From Sulfolobales archaeon HS-7 (lineage in GTDB: Archaea > Thermoproteota > Thermoprotei_A > Sulfolobales > Sulfolobaceae): DNA of 64,000 nt. Numbering within the stretch: position 1 is the stretch's first letter; each line of letters starts with the position of its first letter. This document shows positions 61,706-64,000 of this stretch, piece after piece. Below the pieces are notes generated by a model, which saw nothing but the letters and a program-made list of their open reading frames with translations, made no database searches and was not told the DNA's origin. The position numbers were made by a program, and so were the translations under genes. The DNA lies in contig AP024596.1 in assembly GCA_019704295.1 (NCBI GenBank), positions 576,001 through 640,000 of the forward strand. Reading direction: 5' to 3'.

Positions 61706-62779
61706 CTACGGAAACAGCGTGTTCAAAACACTACTTACGTTAACGTCGTAGTCCTTGACGTTCTTAGCCTTGATCAACTTCGACCTCTTTGTAACTAAAC
61801 CCCTGTACACGCGATCCACTAGAACGTGGTAGGTTATGCTGGCGAGCTTCCCCGCGAGCGCACAAGTTACCTCAACACTACTTTTTTAGTGATGAGCCTC
61901 TCGTAGAAATCCGCAAAAGGTCCACGCCTAGCTATCCTAGCGGACAAGTAAAATGCCCTTCGCAAGTACTTGTTACCCTCTATCCACGTGGGACTTGCTA
62001 TTTCCGCTCTGCTTAGTCCTTGGGGCACGCGTAAGCTCTCGCAGCCTTGGAACTTAGAAAACGAGAGACGTCGCCGAACTCATCGTAGATCGTCGCAGCG
62101 GTTTAACTCCGGGGATCTTGGAGAGCTCTACAACTTCTTGCGGGATTTTCGAAAGTATTGCTTTCTCGACGCCATCATGTCCTTTAGTTGCTTTAACAGC
62201 TCCACAAGCTGTTCAAGCTAGCCTCTCGGCTCGATTCAGTGTTCTCCCCAACTTCTCGCCTAACTCCCTCTTGTCCTTCTGCTTCAACTCTCCCTTGGAC
62301 AGCTTCTCAAGCAGTTCCCCTCTCGTTGAACGGCTCTAACTTATACCGAGCGGTCTCTAGAATTTTCCTTATCTCGTCACTTGCGCCTCTTTCTCCACAA
62401 GGCTCGTCTCGCACCTCGTTAGCTCCCTTATCTCCCCGTCAGGTATGAACCTTTGACTACTCCCGTCATGAAGGCCATTACAAGCCTTTGCGCGTCCAGT
62501 CCGTCTTCTTCCCGAGTATTTCGGACAAATGTAGGGTTAACTACCGTTACCTTGAATCCTCTCTGAGTTTCTCGTGCAGGTAGTAGAAGGGCCTGTAGCC
62601 TCCATTATTCCCTCCCTGTAATCGCTAAGGAATTTCACGAGCTCCTCTATCCCCTCGTTGTCGTTTTTGATTCCCTCCTTGATTGAATACGGATTTCCCT
62701 TGTTCCACTAGAAGTTCTCCCTTTGCCACAGTTAACTCTCGGATATGTCTATCGCGAAGCCCTTGGTAACGACTTCCAT
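61706..62779 (-). pseudogene. IS110-family transposase/recombinase, frameshifted
   Basis: FAIDIS, MEATG, KKTD.LDA (DEDD), GNKYLRRAFY, CALAGKLA; several frameshifts and stops. Confidence 0.88.
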
Positions 62780-62964
62780 GGTGTATCTTGCTCACTCGTG
62801 AAATATTACCTTAACTAGTGTAATACCGTCTCCCTCGTTTCATAGCACCAGCTACCGTCAACCCCTAGAGAAACTTGTTACAACCTCGGGGGTTCTATCC
62901 CCTCTTGTGTTCTAGAGACATCACAGCCAGCCTCTTCTACGGGGTTTTCCCTCCATTGGGTCGG

Positions 62965-63227
62965 GCTTACCTTGTTTTCTCCTTGTCGCCTTACATGCTT
63001 AACTCACGTAATACTTGTTTTATCTCCATAACTAGTGGTACGCGTTTTCCCCGTGGAAGTTCCCCCTAACTTTTCCCTTGTCTTACAAGGGATATGTTCC
63101 CTTCCTCTATCCCCAAGAGGAGGGATTTACTCCTCTTGATAATGTCACGGGGTTAGAGAAAATCTTCTTAAACGCTTCCTCTGCTATTAGCGAAGGACTT
63201 GCCCTTTGCTAGTTTGGTTTTCCTCAT
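62965..63227 (-). pseudogene. Probable 5' part of the DDE transposase interrupted by the IS110
   Basis: ATG 63227, MRKTKLAKGK..LIAEEAFKKIFSNPVTLSR..LLLGIEEGNISLVRQGK with frameshifts; same strand as the 3' fragment. Confidence 0.5.
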
Positions 63228-63369
63228 ATCAAGGCTTGGGAAGTCCCTCGCTTAAACTTTAACGTCCTCATTTCTACCCGCTTGATAACATACGAGGTAT
63301 TACTATACGTATAAAACCTAGGTTACGTGCCTTTTGCTGAGGTAAAAATTGTTCCTTTCTCCACTTTAA

Positions 63370-63500
63370 TGGAAATTTTCCTAATTTCTACTTTTGAGAA
63401 CGAGATTTTCCCGTGTTTTAGAAATTGTCTCATTTTTAGTAAAATTAATTAAATACGACTGGGGATATACTTTTTGTAAAGTCATGGAAAGGAAATTAGT
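63370..63500 (+). promoter_or_regulatory. Cluster of ANTTTC motifs upstream of the ced operon (UV/DNA-damage-inducible promoter element)
   Basis: ATTTTC at 63375, AATTTC at 63383, ATTTTC at 63405, plus reverse copies (GAAATT) at 63421 and 63492; a short motif in AT-rich DNA. Confidence 0.45.
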
Positions 63501-63543
63501 TACGATTTACTCTAACTACTAAATAGACCTTATCATCAAAATC

Positions 63544-63807
63544 ATGACGGACATAGTATCATTTGTAAACCAATTAACAACTGAGGTTACTGAAGTCGCC
63601 TGGGCAGTTTTTATCTTAGGATGGGCTATTGGATGGGGATTAAGAGGTTCCCCAATACCGATATTTAGAGTAAAGCGAGCGGGACAGGATATCTTAGAAG
63701 ATGCGATTTTTGCCGCATTCTGGCTCGCTATGGGTTCTTCTATCTTCTACTTAATAATATACATTTTGGGGCAGGTAGGAAATCCTTCACCTCCTCCACC
63801 CCCTTAG
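63544..63807 (+). CDS. cedA1: Ced DNA-import system pilin-like subunit
   Basis: AWAVFILGWAIGWGLRGSPIPIFRVKRAGQDILEDAIFAAFW signature, two TM helices. Confidence 0.9.
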   Translation: MTDIVSFVNQLTTEVTEVAWAVFILGWAIGWGLRGSPIPIFRVKRAGQDILEDAIFAAFWLAMGSSIFYLIIYILGQVGNPSPPPPP

Positions 63808-63817
63808 GTGAGCTGTC

Positions 63818-64000
63818 ATGTATTCTTCTACATACTTTATTTTTCTTGCAGAGACGATCGGTATGTTTACTTACGTTCTAGGTACGTTATTCTTGGGTTT
63901 GCCGCTTCCTATTTCCTCCCTGAAAAGATGGGGAACCCGTATGATTAGAGACGGAATATATATCATGGTTCTCGTTAACATATGGGTTCCAATGCAGGAG
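63818..64000 (+). CDS. cedA: Ced DNA-import membrane protein CedA, 3'-truncated by window edge
   Basis: GGTGA RBS, then MYSSTYFIFLAETIGMFTYVLGTLFLGLPLPISSLKRWGTRMIRDGIY directly after cedA1. Confidence 0.8.
   Translation, partial: MYSSTYFIFLAETIGMFTYVLGTLFLGLPLPISSLKRWGTRMIRDGIYIMVLVNIWVPMQE

Overview
AT-rich (roughly 38-40% GC by eye) archaeal chromosomal window, almost certainly Sulfolobales (Thermoproteota). The assignment rests on PBP2, CedA1/CedA, FBP aldolase/phosphatase, split MetE, Urm1-Cgi121 and Sulfolobales-type IS remnants. It is mostly core housekeeping: thi4, ubiX, endA, fbp, rps17e, an oligopeptide ABC system, a lipoylation cluster, guaAB, pelota, ard1, queE, nuoB, ctaB, ABCE1, Lhr, copA/copT/copR, cmk, lysS, speD and two tRNAs (intron-containing Trp, and Ser-GCT). 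Most long intergenic gaps hold non-autonomous derivatives of two TnpB-associated transposon families: about 9 IS200/IS605-type and 4 IS607-type copies. Most of these kept the right end that encodes the omegaRNA and lost the proteins. The right edge has an IS110 remnant apparently nested in a DDE transposase. Most notable observations: (1) an unannotated 42-aa hyper-acidic (EEEDW/EEEDF)n microprotein built from a perfect 30-bp repeat; (2) the dispersed protein-free omegaRNA-bearing elements; (3) a 102-bp exact duplication that makes the signature/Walker B regions of both ABCE1 NBDs identical; (4) a tRNA-Trp intron that reads as a self-targeting box C/D guide; (5) a candidate IS110 bridge-RNA leader. 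Coordinates of degraded elements are approximate and all alignments were done by eye.
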